From NCBI GenBank assembly GCA_002292285.1, contig DBBP01000002.1, forward strand, positions 133,214 through 197,213: a stretch of 64,000 nucleotides of DNA, read 5' to 3'. The position numbers and the translations under genes were made by a program. The stretch is from Proteobacteria bacterium UBA981. Its GTDB lineage: Bacteria; Pseudomonadota; Gammaproteobacteria; Ga0077536. A model generated the notes under the pieces. It ran no database searches. It was not told the origin of the DNA and was given only the letters and a program-made list of their open reading frames with translations. Positions within the stretch are counted from its first letter, which is position 1. Each line of letters starts with the position of its first letter. Positions 1-8,700 of this stretch are shown here, one piece after another.

Positions 1-597
1 CGCAGTTAAATGCAGAGCCAGCTGACGGAGCTCGGGGTCCATACGGTCCTCGGAGCGAAAGATATCGAGCGCCAGCGCGTGCATAAACCCAGCGACCACG
101 ATCGCCGCCACCAGCCCACTGACCCGCGCTGGGCCTAAACTGCGCCCGGTTCCGCGGCGAAAGCTAAGCGCGAAGGCGGCGCTCATGAGCGCCAACGACA
201 CCAGGCAATAGGTGCAATACGTTCCAATGACGATGCCCGAGACGGCGGTCAAATAAACGCTGACGACAAACCCGGCAGTGCCTAACAAAGCAGCCCAGAA
301 GTTGCGCCGGCCTGGCCGCTTCTGCGCTGCCACAATGCCTAAACTGGCATAGGCGAAAAAACCCCAGGCCGCGAGTGGAAGTCCGACAAAACTTGACCAC
401 GCGCTTTGCTGAACTAGGTCGCAACCACTCCCGGCACCGCAATACGGCAAGCTGCCGCTCGTAAAATCGCCCCATAACAAGATGCCGGTCACGACCAGGC
501 CGGCGATCGACACGCCAAGCAACATGTGGTCTAAGCGGGCCGCCTTGCCGTGGGCGCCGGCGTCTTTGGCGCGTTTTTCAGTTCGGCCTTTAGCCAC
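1..597 (-). CDS. VKOR (vitamin K epoxide reductase) family membrane protein, N-terminal part; CDS runs off the window start
   Basis: Minus-strand frame not in the ORF track because it has no stop in the window. GTG start at 597-595, preceded by a strong SD (AAGGAG, forward 609-614 as ctcctt). Translation MAKGRTEKRAKDAG...LLGVSIAGLVVTGILLWGDFTSGSLPYCGAGSGCDLVQQSAWS...GTYCTYCLVSLAL shows TM helices, loop cysteines and the TYCxxC active site typical of bacterial VKOR. Confidence 0.6.
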   Translation of the reverse strand, partial: MAKGRTEKRAKDAGAHGKAARLDHMLLGVSIAGLVVTGILLWGDFTSGSLPYCGAGSGCDLVQQSAWSSFVGLPLAAWGFFAYASLGIVAAQKRPGRRNFWAALLGTAGFVVSVYLTAVSGIVIGTYCTYCLVSLALMSAAFALSFRRGTGRSLGPARVSGLVAAIVVAGFMHALALDIFRSEDRMDPELRQLALHLTA

Positions 598-766
598 GGG
601 GAGTTCTCCTTAACATTGGACGGGCACGCGAGAACGGCAATTCTACCCGAGCCATTCCTGGCCCCGGAACCACTCAAGCTCAGGCGGAACACGCCGCGCA
701 TTTATCCACACTCTTCGAGTAGACTCTGGGACGAAGCTGCCACGCACTGATTTACCTGAGCTTGCC

Positions 767-1738
767 ATGCCACAATCGATTTCGAGTGTTGCCGAACACT
801 TCAATCTGGAATTCAGCGGCGACGGGACCCTGGAAATTGCCGGCATCTGCGGCTTGTCGGATGACTTTCCCGGCTATTTGTCGTTTATCGCTGACCCGGC
901 GCATGCCGCCACTGCTGCCAGCTCCCGCATACCCGCTTTCATTGCCGCCGCGAACGTCGATGTTCCTGGAAAAACGCTGCTTCGTCACGACGATCCGGAA
1001 TATCTGATCGCTCGCGTCGCCGCGCTGTTCTCGCCAAGCCAGTTGGCCGACGGCATCGGCGTCCATGCCAGTGCCGTCGTTGACCACAGCGTCCAGATGG
1101 GTGCCGATGTCCATATCGGAGCCAACGTCGTTATCGGCGAGGCCGTGCGGCTTGGAGCTCGGACGAGGATATTTGCCAACGTCGTCATTATGGACCGGTG
1201 TGAAATTGGTAGTGACTGCATCATCTACCCTAACTGCACACTGCGCGAGGACAGCGTCCTTGGCGACGGCGTCATTCTCCAACCGGGCGTGTCGATTGGT
1301 GGCGACGGCTACGGCTACGTGGAGCATGAAGGGGAACACGTGAAGATTCCGCAACTGGGACGCGTGGTACTGGAAGACCATGTGGAAGTGGGCGCGAACT
1401 CAACGATTGACCGCGCGCGATTCAGCGACACTCGTATCGGTCGCGGAACGAAAATCGATAACCTGGTAATGGTCGCGCACAATGTTGTCACTGGCGAACA
1501 TTGTTTGCTCGTTTCACAAGTTGGCGTCTCAGGCAGCACCAAGCTCGGTAACCGAGTGGTCCTCGCCGGTCAGGTCGGTACTGTTGGCCACGTTGAGATT
1601 GCGGACGATGTCACCGTCCTAGGTAAAGGCGGTGTCACTAAAGATATTCGCGAAGCTGGTATCTATGCCGGCATGCCGCTAAAACCGGCCCGCCTGTGGC
1701 GCCGCGCAATGGCCCGCCTGTATAGCGGTATCAAGTAA
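767..1738 (+). CDS. lpxD: UDP-3-O-(3-hydroxyacyl)glucosamine N-acyltransferase (LpxD)
   Basis: 323 aa; long run of hexapeptide (left-handed beta-helix) repeats ([14 protein letters not shown]..., [10 protein letters not shown]...) and the overall LpxD architecture. Confidence 0.8.
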   Translation: MPQSISSVAEHFNLEFSGDGTLEIAGICGLSDDFPGYLSFIADPAHAATAASSRIPAFIAAANVDVPGKTLLRHDDPEYLIARVAALFSPSQLADGIGVHASAVVDHSVQMGADVHIGANVVIGEAVRLGARTRIFANVVIMDRCEIGSDCIIYPNCTLREDSVLGDGVILQPGVSIGGDGYGYVEHEGEHVKIPQLGRVVLEDHVEVGANSTIDRARFSDTRIGRGTKIDNLVMVAHNVVTGEHCLLVSQVGVSGSTKLGNRVVLAGQVGTVGHVEIADDVTVLGKGGVTKDIREAGIYAGMPLKPARLWRRAMARLYSGIK

Positions 1739-2645
1739 CTGCGCGACGCGCCTCAAGCACCACGACCCCACCGATGATCAACAGCGTTCCCAATACTTGA
1801 ATGGGATGCATGCTCTCACCCAGTACCACCACCGCAATTCCGATTGTCGCCGGCGGTCCAATACTGCTGATGATGGACGCACGCTGGGCGCCGAGACGCT
1901 GCATGCTCGCCGAAAACAGAAAGAGCGGCAGTACATTTGTGAAAGCCGTCATCAAAAACAACAGCCCCCACGCGTGTGCCGACAACAGTAATTCGCCGGA
2001 CGAACCGAAAACCGCGAAATGAAGCGTCAAGCCAAGTGCCGCGCCGCACGACGCATAGACAATAAAAGCCTCGCTCGGTGCGCTGTTTGTGAAACGTTCG
2101 TTGGCCATCAGGTAGTAAGCAAAACTGGCCGCAGCCGCCAGCACCAGAGCTGCACCAACCCCGTTGGCTTGCCACAACGATTGAGCGACTCCGCCTACCG
2201 CGCAAAGGATTCCGAAGTACGTTAACGCAACCGCAGCAAGCACCTTCGGCGCGGGCCAACGGCGTTGCGTAATGGCGCGGGCGACGACCACCATCGCCGG
2301 ATAAGAAAACATCAGGACGCGCTCGAGACTGGCATCGATCATGGTTAACGCGACGAAGTCGAACCAAGTGCCCAGGTAGTAGCAGGTGATGCCGGCAAGG
2401 CCTGCGCCGAGCGCGAGATCAGATCGTACAGATAACAAGCGCCGCGGCCCGATTCGATACATTGCCCAGGCCAGCACCAGTGGTAAGGCTATCCACCCGC
2501 GCAACAGAATCAGCGCCTCTACGCTCACGTTCTGCTGGTACATCAATTTGGCGATGATCCCCTTAAGGGACATAAGGACTGCGCCTAGTACAACGAGGGA
2601 AACGTCGAAAAAATCGGGTTGCCCCGCCCGACCGGCGCCGCTCAT
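1731..2645 (-). CDS. DMT superfamily (EamA-like) membrane transporter
   Basis: 304 aa, about 10 predicted TM helices in a duplicated EamA-type arrangement. Confidence 0.65.
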   Translation of the reverse strand: MSGAGRAGQPDFFDVSLVVLGAVLMSLKGIIAKLMYQQNVSVEALILLRGWIALPLVLAWAMYRIGPRRLLSVRSDLALGAGLAGITCYYLGTWFDFVALTMIDASLERVLMFSYPAMVVVARAITQRRWPAPKVLAAVALTYFGILCAVGGVAQSLWQANGVGAALVLAAAASFAYYLMANERFTNSAPSEAFIVYASCGAALGLTLHFAVFGSSGELLLSAHAWGLLFLMTAFTNVLPLFLFSASMQRLGAQRASIISSIGPPATIGIAVVVLGESMHPIQVLGTLLIIGGVVVLEARRAVT

Positions 2646-2723
2646 CGAACGGCTTCTGGAGAACGATTGGCTATTGAGCCGTTCGCGCGTTCGTATCGTG
2701 CGGTATGTGAAAGCAATGCGGGC

Positions 2724-3632
2724 TCACGCGGCAGGGCGGTGCGGGAACACACCAGCGTGGGTCAGCATGGCTGGCATGGACGTTTGCAAGGGCTGTTCCA
2801 GCCATTTGGCGGTCGCGATAACTTCCTCAATGTCGATGCCGGTGGCATAGCCCAATCGATGCAGCAGATACAGCACGTCCTCGGTACCAACGTTACCGGT
2901 GGCTCCCGGCGCGAACGGGCAGCCGCCGACGCCGCCACAACTTGCATCGAAAATTCGCACACCGGCCTCGACTGCAGCATAAACGTTGGCAATGCCGGTA
3001 TTGCGGGTGTTATGGAAATGCAGGCGAAGCGGAATTGCGCCACTGACTTCGCGCACTGCCATGACCACTCGGGTCACGTCTGACGGAACCGCGACGCCAA
3101 TGCTGTCGGCTAAGGAAATTTCGTCAATGCCCATTGCAGCAAGCCGCTGCACGATGTTAACCACGGTATCGACCGCCACTTCACCTTCAAACGGACAGCC
3201 AAATGTCGCCGCGACCGTAACCCCGAAAAACCTGCGCGATCGTTGCGCGGTGAGCGCCATCGCGGCAATGGCTTCGAGCATGTCCGACGCATTCTTACCT
3301 TGGTTGCGCTGACAGAATGTATCGGTCGTCACCATGACGCAATTGAGCTGATCGATATCAGTATCAAGCGCCCGCTCCAGGCCTTTCTCGTTCAATACCA
3401 GACCGATGTAACTGACATCCTCGTGACGAGGAAGTTGTTCGATGACCGCGTCGGCATCAGCCATTTGGGGTACCCGTTTCGGATTCACGAAACTCACCGC
3501 TTCCAAACGCCGTATCCCGGCTGCAATCAGGCGCTTGATAAGCGAGATTTTAGTTTGCGTGTCGACCAGTTGCGGCTGACTCTGCAAACCATCCCGTGGG
3601 CCAACATCCACTATTTCAATATTCTCGTGCAT
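2724..3632 (-). CDS. hydroxymethylglutaryl-CoA lyase (HMGL-like DRE-TIM aldolase)
   Basis: 302 aa; N-terminal VEVGPRDGLQ motif, HFHNTRNTGIANVYAAVEAG, CGGVGGCPFAPGATGNVGTEDV are diagnostic of HMG-CoA lyase. Confidence 0.8.
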   Translation of the reverse strand: MHENIEIVDVGPRDGLQSQPQLVDTQTKISLIKRLIAAGIRRLEAVSFVNPKRVPQMADADAVIEQLPRHEDVSYIGLVLNEKGLERALDTDIDQLNCVMVTTDTFCQRNQGKNASDMLEAIAAMALTAQRSRRFFGVTVAATFGCPFEGEVAVDTVVNIVQRLAAMGIDEISLADSIGVAVPSDVTRVVMAVREVSGAIPLRLHFHNTRNTGIANVYAAVEAGVRIFDASCGGVGGCPFAPGATGNVGTEDVLYLLHRLGYATGIDIEEVIATAKWLEQPLQTSMPAMLTHAGVFPHRPAA

Positions 3633-3842
3633 GCCCAGCGGCCCCGCGCCTTGTTTATGACGGTTTCAATTGTACTCAATCGAACGGTAAGTCGATGGTC
3701 GCAGGCGCCAGCTTGCGACGCTGGCACATTCCGGGCGCGATAGGCACCCCGTTTGCCCCGATGACCACGCACAGCCGCAGCACCAAATTCATATACTATT
3801 TGCGCGTCCGGGTACCTTTGCAATATTTGAGTTGGCGATGAC

Positions 3843-5192
3843 ATGAGCGAGTACGACTTCGATCTTTTTATTATCGGTGGCGGTTCTGGTGGCGTGCGCG
3901 CTGGACGCATGGCTGCAGGGTTCGGGGCTCGCGTCGCCGTTGCGGAAGAACGCTATATGGGCGGCACTTGTGTCAACGTGGGTTGCGTGCCGAAAAAACT
4001 GTTTTCCTATGCGGCCCACTTTGCGGAGGATTTCGAGGACTGCGCAGGCTTCGGATGGCAGGTCGGCGCACGCAGCTTTGACTGGCAAACACTGGTAAGA
4101 AACAAGAACACCGAAATCGAGCGCCTGAATGGTATTTATCAGCGCCTGCTGGATAACGCCGGCGCGACCGTCATACGCGGGCACGCCGAGCTCCGGGACG
4201 CCCATACGGTCGCTGTCGGGGACAAGACCTACACCAGTGAGCGCATTCTGGTGGCGACTGGTGGCTGGCCATTTGTGCCTGAATTCCCGGGTAGCGAACA
4301 CGCGATTACATCCAACGAAGCGTTTTTCCTCGATGAGTTACCGGAACGCGTCGTAGTCGTCGGCGGCGGTTATATCGCGGTCGAGTTTGCCGGCATCTTT
4401 AACGGACTGGGGTGTCAGACTTCCCAGCTCTACCGCGGGTCACTGTTCCTGCGCGGGTTTGATGATGATGCGCGCACTTTTCTTGCCGATGAAATGCAGA
4501 AGAAAGGTATCGATCTGCGCTTCGACACAGACGTGAGTGCGATCGAAAAATCAGATAACGGTTATCGTTTGCAGCTCACCGATGGCACGTCGTTCGAGTG
4601 TGATTTGGTGATGTATGCCACCGGACGCAAGCCCTTGTCTGACAAAGTTGGCCTGGAGACGTGTGGTATCGAAACGAATGCGCAGGGCGCCATTGTGGTC
4701 GACGAAAACTACCAAACCAACGTGCCGTCTATTTATGCGCTTGGCGATGTTACCGACCGTATCAACCTCACGCCTGTTGCACTCGCTGAGGGTATGGCGC
4801 TGGTATGGCATTTGTACCGGGACGCCGGCAAACCGGTCGATTACGAGTACATTCCAAGTGCGGTTTTTAGTCAGCCTAACCTCGCCTCGGTCGGCTATAC
4901 CGAAGCACAAGCCAGAGAAAAATTTGGCGACGTCACTATATTCCGCTCAGGATTCACACCGCTGAAACACACATTGTCCCGCAATGCCGAAAAAACCCTG
5001 ATGAAGCTGGTTGTCGACACGGCTAGTGATCGCGTCGTCGGAGTGCATATGGTCGGCCCCGACGCTGGCGAATCGGTGCAAGGGCTCGCCATCGCCCTGA
5101 AAGCCGGCGCGACTAAGGCACTGTTCGATCGAACGATTGGCATTCACCCCACCTCGGCAGAGGAATGGGTGACGATGCGCGAGCCGGTGTGA
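3843..5192 (+). CDS. gor: glutathione-disulfide reductase
   Basis: 449 aa; FAD GGGSGG motif, redox-active [14 protein letters not shown]-terminal [12 protein letters not shown], collinear with E. coli Gor throughout. Confidence 0.85.
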   Translation: MSEYDFDLFIIGGGSGGVRAGRMAAGFGARVAVAEERYMGGTCVNVGCVPKKLFSYAAHFAEDFEDCAGFGWQVGARSFDWQTLVRNKNTEIERLNGIYQRLLDNAGATVIRGHAELRDAHTVAVGDKTYTSERILVATGGWPFVPEFPGSEHAITSNEAFFLDELPERVVVVGGGYIAVEFAGIFNGLGCQTSQLYRGSLFLRGFDDDARTFLADEMQKKGIDLRFDTDVSAIEKSDNGYRLQLTDGTSFECDLVMYATGRKPLSDKVGLETCGIETNAQGAIVVDENYQTNVPSIYALGDVTDRINLTPVALAEGMALVWHLYRDAGKPVDYEYIPSAVFSQPNLASVGYTEAQAREKFGDVTIFRSGFTPLKHTLSRNAEKTLMKLVVDTASDRVVGVHMVGPDAGESVQGLAIALKAGATKALFDRTIGIHPTSAEEWVTMREPV

Positions 5193-5308
5193 GCGTCATG
5201 GCACTTATGCGACATGCGACTTGGCATTCGCTCAAGCAAGCGAAGCCGGTTACGGGGCGCTGGAAACCCGTTTTTTTCCACGCAATATCGGTCCAGAGGC
5301 TAGTTACG

Positions 5309-5836
5309 ATGCGCTATTTCTCCCTCGGTATCCTCGTCGCTTCACTCACCCTATGTGCGCCGTTGTTGTGGGCCGTCGATGTCAGCGTCGGCCAACCGGC
5401 GCCGCAGTTCGAACTAACGGGTTCCGACGGCGCACTGCACGACCTTGCGAGCTATCGCGGTAAAACTGTGGTGATCGCCTGGTTCCCGAAAGCGTTTACC
5501 GGTGGCTGAACGGCCGAGTGCAAATCGCTCCGTGAGAGTGGTGAATCATTACGTGAATTCGATGTGGTTTATTTCATGGCGAGTACCGAAGACATCGCTA
5601 CCACTACTGCCTTTGCGCAAGCTAATCAGGCAGATTTCGTGATTCTGAGTGATGCAGGAAAAGACGTCGCACGGGCCTATGGGGTGTTAACACCGGCTGG
5701 ATATGCAGCACGCAGAACGTTTTACATCGATCCGACAGGCGTCGTGAGTTTCATCGATTCGCAAGTTAGCGCGTTACACGCCGGCCGCGATATCGCGGCC
5801 AGACTGTCAGCACTTGGCACCGCCGGGGCGCGCTGA
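5309..5836 (+). CDS. periplasmic peroxiredoxin (BCP/PrxQ-like) with in-frame TGA at 5507-5509 at the peroxidatic Cys position; candidate selenoprotein (or TGA-disrupted pseudogene)
   Basis: ORFs 5165-5509 and 5564-5836 share a frame and are separated only by TGA. Joined translation reads KTVVIAWFPKAFTGG-[TGA]-TAECKSLRESGESLREFDVVYFMASTEDIATTTAFAQANQADFVILSDAGKDVARAYGV, collinear with E. coli BCP (FYPKAMTPGCTVQA...VLGISTD...FTLLSD). The TGA falls exactly in the PxxxTxxC motif. ATG at 5309 with SD AGAGG; signal peptide MRYFSLGILVASLTLCAPLLWA. Confidence 0.65.
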
Positions 5837-5915
5837 AGAATTGTCAGATGTGTTGCCATTTGTTCCTGAGCGTTCCCAGCTGTAGCTTCGTCGACATTTA
5901 GCCTGACCCGCACAA

Positions 5916-6569
5916 TCACCACTGATTACGATGGATGTAGCGGTCGAGGTCCTTGCGAGGCGCAGCGCGAAACTGGGTTCCGACGGTATAAGCGACCGGT
6001 ACCATTGCCACCTGAGTATATTGTTCGTAAGGAATGCCGAGGATGTCGGCTGCCTCTCGTTCATACATAAGATGTATCGTCGTCCAGCACGTACCAAGCG
6101 AACGTTCACGCGCAGCCAGCATAAAACTCCACACCGCTGGCAATATTGAACCGAACGCACCCGCTGTAGCACTCGTGTCGAGCTTGTCGTACCGACCTGT
6201 AATGAGTGGAACGACCAGCCACGGCGCGCGGCCCATATTCTCAGCAAGATATTCAGCAGAGTCCGTCGCCCGCCCGGCAATCTCAGTCATCGACGAATCG
6301 CCTTTGTGCAAGTTGTAGATTGAATACGGTTGTTCGGCATAAACCGGCCATCCACGCCGATAAAGATCACCCAGCGCTGCGCGCTTGTCCGGGTCGTCTA
6401 CCAGCATGAAATGCCAGAATTCGCCAACCGAACCGGTCGGTGATTGAACCGCGATATCGAGACACTCGCGAATCAGTGAAAATTCGACCGGACGGTCGAA
6501 ATCCAGACGCTTACGCACTGCGCGGGTCGTGGTTAATACTTCGTCAACACCGAGATTTAGGCGGCTCAT
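5916..6569 (-). CDS. nitroreductase family protein
   Basis: 217 aa; nitroreductase-fold signature stretches (RAVRKRLDFDRPVE..., LGTCWTT). Confidence 0.65.
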   Translation of the reverse strand: MSRLNLGVDEVLTTTRAVRKRLDFDRPVEFSLIRECLDIAVQSPTGSVGEFWHFMLVDDPDKRAALGDLYRRGWPVYAEQPYSIYNLHKGDSSMTEIAGRATDSAEYLAENMGRAPWLVVPLITGRYDKLDTSATAGAFGSILPAVWSFMLAARERSLGTCWTTIHLMYEREAADILGIPYEQYTQVAMVPVAYTVGTQFRAAPRKDLDRYIHRNQW

Positions 6570-6787
6570 AGTAGCGTTCCTGCATTGTTGTTCAGTCTGA
6601 GAATTCTAGACAGACCGCGCGTATTCACAAGCGCCCCGAAAGAGCCATGCCTGAGTCGATGCAAGGGCACATTGCACTGGCTACGTTCTCGGCGCGCCTG
6701 AAGATATTTTCGGGAGTCCGCGTTCCGCGCTCATTCTCAAGCTAAACTAGAGCAACAATCACGTACAAGTCGCCAAGGAGCCCCGTC

Positions 6788-7210
6788 ATGTCGAGCGCAA
6801 TCGAAGAGATCACGATGGTCAAACAGGCCATTCACAACCCAGCAGACGCGCGGCACTTTATGCGTCTCGGCGAACCGACACATACGATAACGGCGACATT
6901 CAAAGGCATTGAATTGGCCCGCAGTAACAAAGCACTGAAGTGCAAGGAAGTAGGCTTTGATATTTACGACAGTGTCATTTACTTCCCGCGGGACGATGTT
7001 GATATGCAACGCCTGGAGAAAAATGCCAAAACGACTCACTGCCCACTAAAAGGCGATACTGAGTATTTCGATGCGGCAGGACCATCCGGCCAGATCGAGA
7101 ACATCGCGTGGTCTTACAACACGACCATCGACCGGGCCAGTGCCTTGACTGACTATATCGGATTCGACAGTCGGCAAGTTCAAATCGTAGAGCACACGGC
7201 CGAGGCTTGA
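6788..7210 (+). CDS. DUF427 domain protein
   Basis: 140 aa; YFPRDDV...THCPLKGDTEYFD matches the conserved core of the DUF427 family. Confidence 0.55.
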   Translation: MSSAIEEITMVKQAIHNPADARHFMRLGEPTHTITATFKGIELARSNKALKCKEVGFDIYDSVIYFPRDDVDMQRLEKNAKTTHCPLKGDTEYFDAAGPSGQIENIAWSYNTTIDRASALTDYIGFDSRQVQIVEHTAEA

Positions 7211-7278
7211 CGGGCGGCACTGCGCGAGCCTTGACGCCCGCACACCGGCGGCCGCTGTCCATGGGCTGGTCGGAGACG

Positions 7279-8700
7279 CTAGCGGAGTGGCTGCAGGTCT
7301 GACAACTCCGCTTGCGTCGCGCATAAGCGCCGGGTTACGACCCTAAATCGGGCAATCAGCAAGATACCGGCCGTCAACAGCGCAGTTGCCAGACCGATCC
7401 AGATGCCGCGCGCGCCATAGCCGAGCACGATGCCCAACACATAGGCAAGCGTGAACCCGAGTCCCCAGTAGTTGGCGGCGTTCAACAGCAGCGGTACGCG
7501 AGTATCTTTCAGACCGCGCAGCGAAAATGCCGCTGCCACCTGAATACCGTCGCCGAGTTGCAACACGGCCGCGATGCGGAACAAATCTGCGACCAGAACA
7601 GCGAGTTCAGCATCGTCGGTGTAGACGGCTGTAATCGTGTCGGCGAGAAAAAAAGTCGTGACCGCCGAGATTAACGACAGCGAGCCACACAACACGATTC
7701 CCGTATAGCCGATTCGCGCTGCTGCCACGACATCCAGGCGCCCTACTGCATGACCGACACAAACGGTCAGCGCCATAGCGAGCCCTAGCGGAACCATGAA
7801 CACGAGACCGGAATAGTTCAGCACGATCTGATGGCCGGCGACGGCAAATGTTCCTAATGCCCCCATCATCAGCGCGACACAGGTGAACAATCCGGATTGC
7901 AGGAACAGCGACAATCCGATCGGTACCCCAAGTGTTAACAGGCGACTCAAGGCGCGTGCTTCCGGCCAGCTCCAGTGCCGCCATAGTCCGAACGCGCGAT
8001 AGTGTCGCGACCGACCGACGTAAAGCGCCAACAGCGCGAACATGATCCAGAAGCTGATCCCGTTGCCGAGACCGCAACCCACCGCGCCAAGCTGCGGCGC
8101 ACCGAAGCGTCCGAACATGAACGTGTAATTCAGCGCGATGTTGATTGGTAACGCCACGGCCATCACAACCATGATCGGCACCGTACGACCGACGCCTTCG
8201 CTCATCTGCTTCAAGGTGTGATAAGCATAGGCGGCAAATACGCCCCAACTCAACGCGTCCAGATAACCCTGCGCCAAAGTGCATACATCTGTGGCAATGC
8301 CCATCATCAATAGCAGCGGTTCTATCGAACGCATGGCAACAACGATGATCACGCTGATCACCAAACCAAGCCAAAAACCCTGGCGCGTGTCGTCGCCAAT
8401 CTCGTGGCCGCGCCCGGCGCCGAAATGTTGCGCGACCGTTGGCCCAATCGCCATGATGGTTCCAAGCCCGAGTAGAAACAGCGCTATCCATATCCCGGAA
8501 CCAATCGCAACGGCGGCAAGCTGCGTCGCACCGAGCGTTGAGGCCATAAGCGTATCCGCGACGGTCACGCCAATACTCGAAACGTTGTTGATAATGAGGG
8601 GCAGGCCAACCCGGAAAATAATCCCGAGGTCGGATGCCAGATGTCCACCGCGCAGTTTCAGCACGGGCGATTTTCCGCTTCCAGCAGATTTAGAACGCTC
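7279..8700 (-). CDS. MATE family efflux transporter (true start likely internal to the 515-aa ORF)
   Basis: 12-TM polytopic protein with MATE-like duplicated halves. The longest ORF (to 8826) would overlap the upstream ABC ATPase gene by 127 nt, so an internal or alternative start near 8700 is more plausible. Confidence 0.65.
   Translation of the reverse strand, partial: ERSKSAGSGKSPVLKLRGGHLASDLGIIFRVGLPLIINNVSSIGVTVADTLMASTLGATQLAAVAIGSGIWIALFLLGLGTIMAIGPTVAQHFGAGRGHEIGDDTRQGFWLGLVISVIIVVAMRSIEPLLLMMGIATDVCTLAQGYLDALSWGVFAAYAYHTLKQMSEGVGRTVPIMVVMAVALPINIALNYTFMFGRFGAPQLGAVGCGLGNGISFWIMFALLALYVGRSRHYRAFGLWRHWSWPEARALSRLLTLGVPIGLSLFLQSGLFTCVALMMGALGTFAVAGHQIVLNYSGLVFMVPLGLAMALTVCVGHAVGRLDVVAAARIGYTGIVLCGSLSLISAVTTFFLADTITAVYTDDAELAVLVADLFRIAAVLQLGDGIQVAAAFSLRGLKDTRVPLLLNAANYWGLGFTLAYVLGIVLGYGARGIWIGLATALLTAGILLIARFRVVTRRLCATQAELSDLQPLR

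Noticed and set aside
164-475. 103-aa minus-strand ORF, Arg-rich (MGRFYERQLAVLRCREWLRPSS...)
   Set aside because: It lies entirely within the VKOR-family CDS in a different frame. The arginine-rich composition is typical of out-of-frame reading of high-GC coding DNA, and there is no SD.
752-1381. 209-aa minus-strand ORF antisense to lpxD
   Set aside because: It fully overlaps the strongly supported lpxD CDS on the opposite strand. It has low-complexity composition and no recognisable domain.
7607-8491. 294-aa Arg/His-rich minus-strand ORF
   Set aside because: It is an alternate-frame shadow inside the MATE transporter gene; extreme Arg content is a GC artefact.
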